Shown piece by piece: positions 39,445-48,382 of a stretch of DNA of 64,000 bases. The stretch is from Thermoplasmata archaeon (lineage in GTDB: Archaea; Thermoplasmatota; Thermoplasmata; Lutacidiplasmatales; UBA184). A program made the position numbers and the translations under genes. The DNA lies in contig JAKIVU010000004.1 in assembly GCA_022750375.1 (NCBI GenBank), forward strand, positions 25,076 through 89,075. The letters are read 5' to 3'. The first letter of the stretch is position 1. Every line of letters starts with the position of its first letter. Below the pieces are notes generated by a model. It ran no database searches. It was not told where the DNA came from and saw only the letters and a list, made by a program, of their open reading frames with translations.

Positions 39445-39753
39445 ATGCAGAAAGCCCGAATCTCCCTGAGCGGCACGGACTCGCACAAGGTCGACTCGAT
39501 CTGCAAGCAGATCCGCGAGATCTCGGTGAAGACCGGGGTCGCGATCGCTGGTCCGATCCCGCTCCCGACCAAGAAGCTCAAGGTGCCGGTCCGCAAAGGC
39601 CCGGACGGTGGCGGGACGAGCACGATCGACCACTGGGAGATGCGGATCCACAAGCGGCTGATCGACATCGATGCCGACGAACGGGCACTCCGCCAAGTGA
39701 TGCGGATCCAGGTGCCGGACGGCGTCAACATCGAGATCGTCCTCACCGGATAG
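39445..39753 (+). CDS. rps10: 30S ribosomal protein S10
   Basis: [23 protein letters not shown]...[26 protein letters not shown]. 102 aa, TAG stop. Confidence 0.95.
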   Translation: MQKARISLSGTDSHKVDSICKQIREISVKTGVAIAGPIPLPTKKLKVPVRKGPDGGGTSTIDHWEMRIHKRLIDIDADERALRQVMRIQVPDGVNIEIVLTG

Positions 39754-39759
39754 GCGCGC

Positions 39760-40386
39760 GTGTTCGCCCCCGGCGCCGGCCGACCGCTCGGGGCGGTGGG
39801 GCTCGTCCTGCTGCTCGTCGGGGGCCTCGTTGTGTTGGGGCTCGTCCCCGATCGTTGGGCCGCGGTCGCCGCGCTCCTCGTCGTGGGGGCGCTCTGGCTC
39901 TTCCTTGCCGTCTTCTTTCGAGACCCGGACCGGGTGCCCGGGGCGGGCGTCGTCTCCTCCGCCGACGGACGCGTCCGCGCGGTCGATCGGGAGGGGGACC
40001 GGTGGCGGATCTCCGTCTTCATGAACGTCACCGACGTCCACGTCAACCGACTCCCGCTGGACGCACGGATCGAAACCGTGGGCGACGCCGGTAGTGGCTT
40101 CCGCGCCGCCTACCGCGCGGACGCCGACCGCAACGTGCAGCGGTCGTACGTCCTTTCGACCGCCCTCGGGCCGGTCGAGGTGATCCAGATGACCGGAGTC
40201 GTCGCGCGCCGCCTGGTCTCGTTCGTTCGACCCGGCAGCGAGGGGCGGAAAGGGGACCGGTTCGGGATGATCATTCTGGGATCCCGGGTCGACGTCCTCT
40301 TGCCGGTCGGACACGCGACGCCGACCGTGCGCGTCGGGGACCGAGTGCGGGCGGGCGAGAGCACGATCGCGCGGGAGGCGACGTGA
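39760..40386 (+). CDS. asd: phosphatidylserine (archaetidylserine) decarboxylase-related proenzyme
   Basis: Two N-terminal TM helices. Self-cleavage-type motif FGMIILGSRVD. GTG start 6 nt after the rps10 stop. Confidence 0.8.
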   Translation: MFAPGAGRPLGAVGLVLLLVGGLVVLGLVPDRWAAVAALLVVGALWLFLAVFFRDPDRVPGAGVVSSADGRVRAVDREGDRWRISVFMNVTDVHVNRLPLDARIETVGDAGSGFRAAYRADADRNVQRSYVLSTALGPVEVIQMTGVVARRLVSFVRPGSEGRKGDRFGMIILGSRVDVLLPVGHATPTVRVGDRVRAGESTIAREAT

Positions 40387-41138
40387 CCGACCGCTGGCGC
40401 GTCGGCGCGAACCTCGCGACGCTCGCGAACGCCCTCCTCGGAGTCGGCGCGATCCTCTACGTGCTCGCCGGCAACAAGCTCTGGGCGATGCTCCTCATCG
40501 CTGCGGCGATCGGCTTCGACGGGCTCGATGGACTGCTCTCCCGTCGCAGCACCATGCCTCCGAGTTCCTTCGGGCGGTACGCGGACTCGGTCGCCGACGC
40601 GATCACGTTCGGTCTCGCTCCCGCGTTCCTGATCGCGGTCCATACCTCGAACCCCGGGATCTGGGCACCCTGGGAGACCGTGGCGTTGGCGCTGGCGGCC
40701 GCGTACTTCGCTGCCGCGATCGGCCGGTTGGTCTACTTCACGGCGCGCGGTTTCCAGAACGCCTACTTTCTCGGAGTGCCGACCCCTCAGGCGGCGCTCG
40801 CGCTGATCGTCGCGCTGTTGTTCCACGACACCCCGGCGTTCCAGACCGTTCAGCCGGTCGCCGTGCTCATCGGCGCGGCCGTCATCGCGGTACTCATGGT
40901 CGTCCCGATCCCCTACCCCAAGATCCGGCGAGGGTCGATCCTCCGGGCCCCGATGGCCGCCACGGGAATCGCGACCGTGGTCGCCATCCTCGTCCTGCAG
41001 TTCCACCCGGCGACCGGCTCCGCGCTGTTCCTCCTCGCGCTCGGCGCGTCCTATTCGATGCTGATCGGTGTCGCCACCTACTACTTCCTCGGTCCTTTCA
41101 CCGTAGATCGACGCGCCACCCCGAAGGCGGCGAGTTGA
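40383..41138 (+). CDS. pssA: CDP-alcohol phosphatidyltransferase (archaetidylserine synthase-like)
   Basis: DGLDGLLSRR...GRYADSVADAI, i.e. the D-G-x2-A-R...G-x3-D-x3-D type motif. The GTG overlaps the asd TGA (GTGA). Confidence 0.85.
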   Translation: MTDRWRVGANLATLANALLGVGAILYVLAGNKLWAMLLIAAAIGFDGLDGLLSRRSTMPPSSFGRYADSVADAITFGLAPAFLIAVHTSNPGIWAPWETVALALAAAYFAAAIGRLVYFTARGFQNAYFLGVPTPQAALALIVALLFHDTPAFQTVQPVAVLIGAAVIAVLMVVPIPYPKIRRGSILRAPMAATGIATVVAILVLQFHPATGSALFLLALGASYSMLIGVATYYFLGPFTVDRRATPKAAS

Positions 41139-41141
41139 TCC

Positions 41142-41555
41142 ATGCCGACCTCCGCACGCATCCACCGGGCATCCCTCTCGCGTCGGGAGGCGCTCCTGTT
41201 CGAAGCCGGCGTGAAACTGGGCGGCGTCTTCCATCAGTACCTCGGGATCCCGGTCACTCCGCGCACCGCGGCGGGGATCGCTCGCATGATCGAGCGGGCG
41301 GTGCGCCTCCAACCGTACGTGGTGGAGGTCCGAGCCGCCGTCGACCCTCGGCAGGGAGGAGCGCTCGGGCGCGGTCGCTTCGCCTACCGGTACCTGACGC
41401 CGGAGATGCTGGACGTCACCGTGCGGCTGCGCGACGGCGCCGAGGAGGTCGAGGCGCGGCTCGCCCATCGGCCCGACCTTCGGTATCCCCTGATGAGCGT
41501 GGTCCGGGTCGGGCGTCCGGTGCGAACGGCGACCCGACCGCAACGATCTCGTTAG
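41142..41555 (+). CDS. probable archaeal dihydroneopterin aldolase family protein (MptD-like)
   Basis: The pattern REALLFEAGVKLGGVFHQYLGIPV...IERAVRLQPYV matches my memory of the MptD/DUF-type archaeal DHNA family. Not verified. Confidence 0.5.
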   Translation: MPTSARIHRASLSRREALLFEAGVKLGGVFHQYLGIPVTPRTAAGIARMIERAVRLQPYVVEVRAAVDPRQGGALGRGRFAYRYLTPEMLDVTVRLRDGAEEVEARLAHRPDLRYPLMSVVRVGRPVRTATRPQRSR

Positions 41556-42682
41556 CCGCGCGCGGCGATCGGCTCGTACGTGAGGTCGGTCGGACCGACG
41601 TACTTCGCGGTCGGGCGGATCAATCGGAGGTCCTGGTACTCCTCGAGAACGTGGGCGGTCCACCCCGCGACGCGGCTCGAGGCGAAGATCGGGGTGAACA
41701 GGTCGTGGGCGATTCCGAGGAGCGAGTAGATCGACCCCGAGTACAGGTCGACGTTCGGGTAGAGTCCCTTCTCCCGGTGCACGACCGCCTCGACCTTTCG
41801 CAGGAGCTCGAAGTAGCGCATGTTCCCCTTCGCTTCGCCGATCTGGCGCGACCACTCCCTCAAGATCGTCGCGCGGGGGTCCTCGACCTTGTAGACCCGG
41901 TGGCCGAACCCCATGATCCGTTCGTGGCGAGCGAGTTTCTCCTGGATGATGGCCTCGGCGAGCTCCGTCGTGCCGATCTCGTTGAGCAGCTCCATCACTC
42001 GCTCGTTCGCCCCGCCGTGGAGCGGGCCCTTGAGCGTCCCGACGGCGCTCGTCACCGCACTGTACAGGTCCGACAGGGTCGATGCGGTCACCCGAGCGGC
42101 GAACGTGGAGGCGTTCAACTCGTGGTCGGCGTGGAGGATCAACGCGACGTCGATCGCACGGGCCTCGAGTTCGGTCGGGTCGCGGTCGACGAGTGCGTAG
42201 ACGAGGTAGGCCGCCTGCGACAATTCGGGGCGCGCTCGAAGCGGCGGGAGCCCCGCGCGGCGACGGTGGAACGTTCCGATGATCGTCGGGAGTGCTGCGG
42301 TCAGCCGCTGCGCGCCACCGATCGAGCTCGCCCCGGGCTTCGCCTCCTCGGGCTCGAAGAGCGCGAGCGCGCTGACGGCGGTGCGGAGGACATCCATCGG
42401 GTTGCTCTCGGGCGGCATCGACTCGATCCGGTCGACGAGGGACGGCGGCAGGGCACGGAGGAGCCCGAACCGTTCACGGAGCTCCGCGAGCTGGGCGGCG
42501 GTCGGCAGCCGGCCGTACCAGAGGAGGTAGGCGACTTCCTCGAAGTTTGACTGGGCTGCGAGGTCCCGGATGTCGTAGCCCTGGTAGATCAGACGGCCCT
42601 GGAGCCCGTCGATGAAGCAGATCCGCGATTCGAGCGCGACCACGTCCTCGAGGCCCCGCTGGACCCCCGGCGCCTCCACCAT
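41552..42682 (-). CDS. gltA: citrate synthase
   Basis: GFGHRVYKVEDPRA and LHADHELNAS motifs. 376 aa. Confidence 0.93.
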   Translation of the reverse strand: MVEAPGVQRGLEDVVALESRICFIDGLQGRLIYQGYDIRDLAAQSNFEEVAYLLWYGRLPTAAQLAELRERFGLLRALPPSLVDRIESMPPESNPMDVLRTAVSALALFEPEEAKPGASSIGGAQRLTAALPTIIGTFHRRRAGLPPLRARPELSQAAYLVYALVDRDPTELEARAIDVALILHADHELNASTFAARVTASTLSDLYSAVTSAVGTLKGPLHGGANERVMELLNEIGTTELAEAIIQEKLARHERIMGFGHRVYKVEDPRATILREWSRQIGEAKGNMRYFELLRKVEAVVHREKGLYPNVDLYSGSIYSLLGIAHDLFTPIFASSRVAGWTAHVLEEYQDLRLIRPTAKYVGPTDLTYEPIAARG

Positions 42683-42717
42683 CCTGCTCGCCCTTCGGAC
42701 CGGGACACGGGTGCGGC

Positions 42718-44133
42718 TTAATGGGGTTTCGCGGTCGCCGCGGCGTCCGAGGCGGACGCCGGCCCGCCCAGTGCTCCCCCCGCGGTGCGCTCAGAGAGCG
42801 GCGGGCCGTGCTTCCGACGTCGGGAGTACGCGACGCCCGCGGCGGTCCAGAGCGGCACCGAGGCCAACAGCGCTCCGGCGGCGACCAGGAAGACGAGACG
42901 GTAGCTCCCAAAAACGGCGAGGACTCCCGAGAGCACCGCCCCGAGTACGGCGGCGGCTCCCCCGAGAGAACTATTGACACCGAGCAGGCCGCCCGCGTCC
43001 CGGCCCTCGAGTCCCCGGAAAAGCATCAACGAGCTCGCGGTGGTGTAGATCGCGATCGCACCCCCGAGGATGCCGAACGCGATCACGTTCGCGGGGAACG
43101 CTCCACCGTGCAGGAAGACGACAAACGTGAAACCGGCCGTGGCGAGGTACCCGAGGCTGCGAACGTAGCTGGACCAGCGGACGAGCGCGTCCGGACCGAT
43201 CCGGTTGGCGAGGCGTCCCGAGACCGGAAAGAGGAGAATCTGGGCGAAGTTGTTCGAAAAGTTGACGAGGAAGATCGCCGCCACTCCGAGCCCGATCGAG
43301 TAAAGGTAGGGAGTGTACGAGATGTTGAACAGGTTCGAGGCAAGGTTGAACAGGAACATCGCCGCCATGACGAGGGGGAGCTCGTGGTGCATCTCCTCCT
43401 GCATCCACGAGCGGAGTCGACGGAACGAATCTCTGCCGAGCGAGGGTCGCTTCGGAAAGAACGGGATCGCGATGCGCAACGAGGCCGAGATGTGGAGTCG
43501 CGATGCGAGGCTCTCGGGGTGCTTTGCTACGCTCTCGCCCGTGAGCTGACGGCGGGCCTCCCGGATCCCGAACCAGAGCGCCACCGCGCTCACGGCCGCC
43601 AGCGCGGAAAGGACGTACAGCAGGGAGAGCAGGGCGTCGTTCGCGACGGTCCAGAAGTATCCGATCAAGAGCCCGCCGACCGAGCCGATCATGCTCATCT
43701 CTTGGAACGAGGCGAACGCGGTCGCGCGCTCGGTCTCGGGGAACTTCTCGAGGATGAGGAGGCTCGACGCGTTCGCCCCTGCGGGGGCGAGCAGCCCGAT
43801 GCCGGTGTAGATCACGTCCAGTAGCGGGAGAGAGGTGACGTGGGTGAGCGCGAGGTAGAGGACCGCGTACCCTCCATAGTTGAGCGCGAGGAACGCCCGC
43901 CGTCCGCGATACCGGTCCGCGAGGTGTCCCCACGCGACCGAGGAGAGGATGACCGAGGCGTTGAACAGCGTCGCCGCGAGCGCGACGTCGGCCCAGCTCC
44001 CGTGCAACGGGATCAGGATCAGGAGGGGCAGGACGACGCCGAACCCGGCCGTCGCGGCGTTGATGGGGACGAAGGCGAGCAGCCAGGGCCGGGCGACCAG
44101 CCGGCTCGGCCAGGTGCGGATCGAGATCGCCAT
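42718..44133 (-). CDS. MFS transporter
   Basis: About 12 hydrophobic helices. The loop motif GHLADRYRGRR between TM2 and TM3 is typical for MFS. Confidence 0.8.
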   Translation of the reverse strand: MAISIRTWPSRLVARPWLLAFVPINAATAGFGVVLPLLILIPLHGSWADVALAATLFNASVILSSVAWGHLADRYRGRRAFLALNYGGYAVLYLALTHVTSLPLLDVIYTGIGLLAPAGANASSLLILEKFPETERATAFASFQEMSMIGSVGGLLIGYFWTVANDALLSLLYVLSALAAVSAVALWFGIREARRQLTGESVAKHPESLASRLHISASLRIAIPFFPKRPSLGRDSFRRLRSWMQEEMHHELPLVMAAMFLFNLASNLFNISYTPYLYSIGLGVAAIFLVNFSNNFAQILLFPVSGRLANRIGPDALVRWSSYVRSLGYLATAGFTFVVFLHGGAFPANVIAFGILGGAIAIYTTASSLMLFRGLEGRDAGGLLGVNSSLGGAAAVLGAVLSGVLAVFGSYRLVFLVAAGALLASVPLWTAAGVAYSRRRKHGPPLSERTAGGALGGPASASDAAATAKPH

Positions 44134-44292
44134 CGCTCGAGCCGGGCGCTAGTCGGACCCTACTTAAGCGGGGTTCCGTGGAGTGGCGACCGTGGCGAGC
44201 CTCGTCCGTAACGGCGGCCCGTTCATCGCGTTGAATCTCAACGCTTATTAGGGGGGGCCGTTGTCGCGCCCTGTCGAGAGGGTGTTTCGAGC

Positions 44293-44526
44293 TTGGCCAT
44301 CGGGTTTGTCCTGATCAGCACCGCCCCTGCGAAGGAGCACGAGGTGTACACCGAACTGCTTCGCGTGAAGGGGATCGTCGAGTTGCACCCGTTGTTCGGT
44401 GAGTACGACCTCATCGCGAAGGTCGAGGCCGAGGACTTCAACGCGCTTGGCCAGCTGGTGGTCGACAAGATCCGCTCCGTTCCGGGGGTCATCGACACCA
44501 AGACGCTCACCGGAATCAAGTTCTGA
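44293..44526 (+). CDS. stand-alone Lrp/AsnC-type ligand-binding (RAM) domain protein
   Basis: 77 aa, TTG start. VYTELLRVKGIVELHPLFGEYDLIAKVEAEDFNALGQLVVDKIRSVPGV. Confidence 0.75.
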   Translation: MAIGFVLISTAPAKEHEVYTELLRVKGIVELHPLFGEYDLIAKVEAEDFNALGQLVVDKIRSVPGVIDTKTLTGIKF

Positions 44527-44536
44527 AAGGTACGCA

Positions 44537-44866
44537 ATGTTCGATGTAGTCGGGTCCACAGTGGCGATTGGCGGCTGGCAGTTCCTCACGATCCTCCTCT
44601 TGGTGTTCGGGCTGTTCCTGATACTGGCGGGTATCTTCACCGCCTACTTTGGCAGTGGAAAGAGCCGTACGATCGGCGTCGCGCTCCTCGTCGTCGGCCT
44701 CGTGGTCGGCGTTCTCGCCGGGTACTTCTACCACAGCGGTACGTTCGGGGGCCAGTCCGGCCAGCTCGGCGCGCTGCTCTGGGAGTCGTTCCTCGTGATC
44801 GTAGCGGCCGTCATCGGCGCGCTCGTCGCGGTCGGGATCTTCCTGGTCGCGATCATGAAATCGTAG
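44537..44866 (+). CDS. small membrane protein (3-4 TM)
   Basis: ATG at 44537, 10 nt after the RAM gene stop. 109 aa, almost entirely hydrophobic helices. Confidence 0.6.
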   Translation: MFDVVGSTVAIGGWQFLTILLLVFGLFLILAGIFTAYFGSGKSRTIGVALLVVGLVVGVLAGYFYHSGTFGGQSGQLGALLWESFLVIVAAVIGALVAVGIFLVAIMKS

Positions 44867-44903
44867 GCGAGGCGTCTCGGGTCGACCCGGGGGGTCGACG
44901 GCG

Positions 44904-45728
44904 ATGCGGCAGCGGCGTGGGCTTCGACTGATCACTCTCACCACCGACATCGGGTCGGCGTATGCCGCCCAGATGAAGGCGGTCCTCGCGCATCGCGTGC
45001 CGCCCGGAAGCGTGGTGGACCTCGCCCACGACCTCCGTCCGCACGCGATCGGGGAGGCGGCATTTCTTCTCCGAGCGATGGCCGTCGGGTTCCCGGCGGG
45101 AACGGTGCACGTGGCCGTGGTCGACCCGGGAGTGGGAGGGCGACGCGCCCCGATCGCGATCGAATGCGCCGACGGTTCGACGTTGGTCGGCCCCGACAAC
45201 GGGGTGTTGATGCCGCTCGCCGACGCCCTCGGTCGACCGAGGGCGTTCCGGATCGAACGCACCAACCTCCACGCCGCCCCAGTCGTCGGCACCACCTTCG
45301 ATGGACGCGACCTCTTCGCCCCGGTCGCGGCGCTCCTCGCGGAGGGCGTCGGAGCATCTCGGCTCGGACGACCGATCCGACCCCACAAGTACGCCCTCCC
45401 GGTCGCCCGTCGGATGCGCTCGGGCGCCCACGGACAGGTGCTGCACGAAGACCGGTTTGGCAATCTCGTGACGAACATTCCGTCGGAGTGGATTCCCGCC
45501 GGGACGGACCGCGTCCGACTCGGATTCGGTCGCGATCCGGCGCGCACGCTCCTGCTGGTGGCGAGCTACGAGCGTCTCGGGAAGGGGCGCGCCGGCCTGC
45601 TCCCCTCGAGCTTCGGCCTCCTCGAGGTTGCCGTGGCGCAGGGGCATGCAGCCCGCCGCTTCCGCGCGACCGTGGGCCACACCGTCACCGTAGGCTGGCC
45701 GACCCGTTCGAGCGCGTCGCGCACGTGA
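44904..45728 (+). CDS. SAM hydroxide adenosyltransferase / SAM hydrolase family protein (DUF62, fluorinase-chlorinase superfamily)
   Basis: LITLTTDIGSAYAAQMKAV, VVDPGVGG, GPDNGVL, FDGRDLFAPVAA and EDRFGNLVTNI motifs. Confidence 0.8.
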   Translation: MRQRRGLRLITLTTDIGSAYAAQMKAVLAHRVPPGSVVDLAHDLRPHAIGEAAFLLRAMAVGFPAGTVHVAVVDPGVGGRRAPIAIECADGSTLVGPDNGVLMPLADALGRPRAFRIERTNLHAAPVVGTTFDGRDLFAPVAALLAEGVGASRLGRPIRPHKYALPVARRMRSGAHGQVLHEDRFGNLVTNIPSEWIPAGTDRVRLGFGRDPARTLLLVASYERLGKGRAGLLPSSFGLLEVAVAQGHAARRFRATVGHTVTVGWPTRSSASRT

Positions 45729-45788
45729 GACGGTAAATAGCCACGGCCCTAGGAGCACCGAGGACGGCGTATCCGGCCTCCCGTGATC

Positions 45789-46922
45789 ATGGCCAAACGC
45801 GATTACTACGAGGTCCTCGGCGTTCCGAAGACCGCGGGCGCCGACGAGATCAAGTCGTCCTACCGCCGCCTCGCACGACAGTATCACCCCGACGTCGCCA
45901 AGGAGGACCCGAAGGGCGCGGAGGCGAAGTTCAAGGAGATCTCCGAAGCCTACGAGGTCCTCGCCGACGAACAGAAGCGCCGGAACTACGACCAGCGTGG
46001 GTTCGACGCGGTCCAGAATGACTTCGGACCCGGCGGGTTCACCTGGCAGAACTTCACGCATCAGGGCGACCTCGAAGACCTGCTCGGGTCGAACCCACTG
46101 TTCCAGCAGCTCTTCGGGAGCTTCGTCGGCGGTTCGGCCGGCCGCTCCGGTCGCGGCAGCGATGTCGAGGTCGCCGTGCGGCTTCCGCTCGTCGCGGCCG
46201 TTGAAGGAGCGCAGCCGACGCTGGAGGTCCCCCTCACCGGACCGTGTCCCGACTGCCAGGGTACTGGCGCGAAGGACGGCACCGCGATCGAGGTCTGCCC
46301 GGAATGCGGAGGGGTCGGTCAGGTGCGGCGCGCTCGCACGCGCGGCTACACCCAGTTCGTCACCGTAGGACCGTGCCCGACGTGCCGCGGGACCGGCCGG
46401 AAGATCCTGGAGAAGTGCCCCACCTGCCGAGGGAACGGCCGCCGCCGAACGGTGGAGCACATCGAGATCAAGGTCCCTCCGGGAATGGAGGAAGGCTCCG
46501 TGCTTCGGATCCCCGGCCACGGCGGGCAGGGACTCGACAGCGAGCGGGCCGGCGACCTGTTCGTTCAGGTCATGTTCGAAGCCTCGGACCACATCCGACG
46601 AGAGGGGACCGAGGCGTACACGGAAGCGACGGTGCCGCTCGCCATCCCGCTGCTTGGGGGCGTCACTACGGTGCGCACGATCGAAGGGCACGCGGAGCTG
46701 AAGATCCCCGCCGGGACCCAGCCCGAGACCCAGTTCCGGATGCGCGGCCTCGGGTTCCCCCGGTTTCGGGGATCCTCTCGGGGCGACCTCGTCGTCACCG
46801 TGCATGTGGAACTCCCCCGCTCCCTTTCGGGGCGCGAGAAGGAACAGCTCCGAGAAGCGCTCGGCGCGGACGGCGCGACATCGACCGGCCGAAAGGAGTC
46901 GTTTTTCCATCGCCGGAGCTGA
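45789..46922 (+). CDS. dnaJ: molecular chaperone DnaJ
   Basis: J domain DYYEVLGV...YHPDV. Four CxxCxGxG repeats (CPDCQGTG, CPECGGVG, CPTCRGTG, CPTCRGNG). Confidence 0.93.
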   Translation: MAKRDYYEVLGVPKTAGADEIKSSYRRLARQYHPDVAKEDPKGAEAKFKEISEAYEVLADEQKRRNYDQRGFDAVQNDFGPGGFTWQNFTHQGDLEDLLGSNPLFQQLFGSFVGGSAGRSGRGSDVEVAVRLPLVAAVEGAQPTLEVPLTGPCPDCQGTGAKDGTAIEVCPECGGVGQVRRARTRGYTQFVTVGPCPTCRGTGRKILEKCPTCRGNGRRRTVEHIEIKVPPGMEEGSVLRIPGHGGQGLDSERAGDLFVQVMFEASDHIRREGTEAYTEATVPLAIPLLGGVTTVRTIEGHAELKIPAGTQPETQFRMRGLGFPRFRGSSRGDLVVTVHVELPRSLSGREKEQLREALGADGATSTGRKESFFHRRS

Positions 46923-46927
46923 GGCCG

Positions 46928-47575
46928 ATGGCCGACGACGAAGAGACGCCGCCGGTCGAGGACCAGTACTTCAGCGAACGACCCCGATCCCGCTCCTCCC
47001 CGCGGACCCTTCGTTTCCTTTACCGGGGGGAACTGCTGACCTTCGTGGTCGATCAAGGTGTGTTCGCCGCCCACGGGCTCGACCCAGGAACCGCGCTGCT
47101 GATCGAGAATCTCGTCATCCGACGGTCGGACCGTGTGCTCGACCTCGGGTGCGGATGGGGCGCCGTCGGAGTCGCCGCAGCCAAGGCCGCTCGGGACGGG
47201 CGAGTGACGTTGACCGAGGTGAACCGCCGCGCGGCGCGGCTCGCCCAGAAGAATCTCGAACGCAACGGGCTGCTGAACGCGGACGTCCGGGTCGGTCCGT
47301 TCTTCGAGCCGGTCGCCGGCGAACAGTTCGACGTCGTCGCTACGAATCCCCCGTACCGCGCGGGCCGTCCCCACGTACTTCGCATTCTCACCGAGGCGTC
47401 CGAACGGCTCCGCCCCGACGGTCGGTTCGTCCTCGTCGGAAAAGGGAGTCACGGGATCCGATTCTATCAGGAGTGGCTGGAATCGCACTGGCCGGGACCG
47501 GTCGAGGTCCTCGCGCGCGGCTCGGGCTACCGGGTGCTCGAGGCGCGACGTCCCGGGGCGAGCGCGAACGCGTAG
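46928..47575 (+). CDS. methyltransferase small-domain (MTS) protein, RsmC/RsmD/PrmC-like
   Basis: ATG at 46928, 5 nt after the dnaJ stop. LDLGCGWGAVG and NPPY motifs. Confidence 0.8.
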   Translation: MADDEETPPVEDQYFSERPRSRSSPRTLRFLYRGELLTFVVDQGVFAAHGLDPGTALLIENLVIRRSDRVLDLGCGWGAVGVAAAKAARDGRVTLTEVNRRAARLAQKNLERNGLLNADVRVGPFFEPVAGEQFDVVATNPPYRAGRPHVLRILTEASERLRPDGRFVLVGKGSHGIRFYQEWLESHWPGPVEVLARGSGYRVLEARRPGASANA

Positions 47576-48252
47576 AGCCGCGCGATGTGCTGCACGTAAT
47601 GCCGGGCCACTGCGCCCCCGAGCTTGCTCTCGCCCGCGAGTCGAGGCTGGAAGACGAACGGGATCTCGACAAGGGGATTGGGGCGACATTTGACCAGGAC
47701 CTCGAGCGCGATCTTGTACCCGAGCGGGGCGAGTTTGGCGCGGCCCAGGACGGCCGCGCGGACCGCAAAGAAACCGGACATCGGGTCGGTCACGCGGGTC
47801 AGTGGTCGGGCGAGCCATCGGGCGGTAGACGAGATAGCCCGCCGGCGAAGCGTGAGCCCGGGAGCGAGCCCGCCCGTCACCCATCGGCTGGCCAACGCCA
47901 TCTCCGCCCCGCCCGTGGTGACAGCGCCCACCATCGTCGGGACGAGTTCCGGCGGGTGACTCCCGTCGGCGTCCATGACGACCAGGATCTCCCCGGCCGC
48001 CTTCGCCACACCCGCGAGGACCGCCGAGGCGAGTCCCCGCACCCCGCGGCGCTCGATCACGGTGCAAGGGACGCGGGCTGTCGAAAGGGTGCGGGCGAAC
48101 GACGCCGTCCCGTCGGGGGAGCTGTCGTCCACGATGATCACTTCCCCGCCCACCGCTTCGACGAACGGGGTGAGGGCAGGGTAGAGCAGCTCCAACGCTT
48201 CGCGCTCGTTGTAGGTCGGTAGAATGACGGAGACTCCCGCGGAACCGCCCAT
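47527..48252 (-). CDS. family 2 glycosyltransferase (dolichyl-phosphate mannose/glucose synthase-like)
   Basis: VSVILPTYNE, IIVDDSSPDGT and VVMDADGSH motifs. Its 3' end overlaps the convergent MTS gene by 49 nt. Confidence 0.85.
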   Translation of the reverse strand: MGGSAGVSVILPTYNEREALELLYPALTPFVEAVGGEVIIVDDSSPDGTASFARTLSTARVPCTVIERRGVRGLASAVLAGVAKAAGEILVVMDADGSHPPELVPTMVGAVTTGGAEMALASRWVTGGLAPGLTLRRRAISSTARWLARPLTRVTDPMSGFFAVRAAVLGRAKLAPLGYKIALEVLVKCRPNPLVEIPFVFQPRLAGESKLGGAVARHYVQHIARLYAFALAPGRRASSTR

Positions 48253-48330
48253 CCGGGCGGACCGAGCGGGCGTGGGTTCATCCCTCTTAGGGTCACGAGC
48301 CGTACCGACCCCTCGCTCGCTCCGAAGTGC

Positions 48331-48336
48331 TTAAAA
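48331..48336 (+). promoter_or_regulatory. candidate TATA box for the rps13-rps4-rps11-rpoD unit
   Basis: TTAAAA lies about 50 nt upstream of the first possible start (GTG at 48383). Confidence 0.35.
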
Positions 48337-48382
48337 GGAAGGGCTTTCTCGGCGGCCGCACCCTCGGAACGAGGGTCGAACC

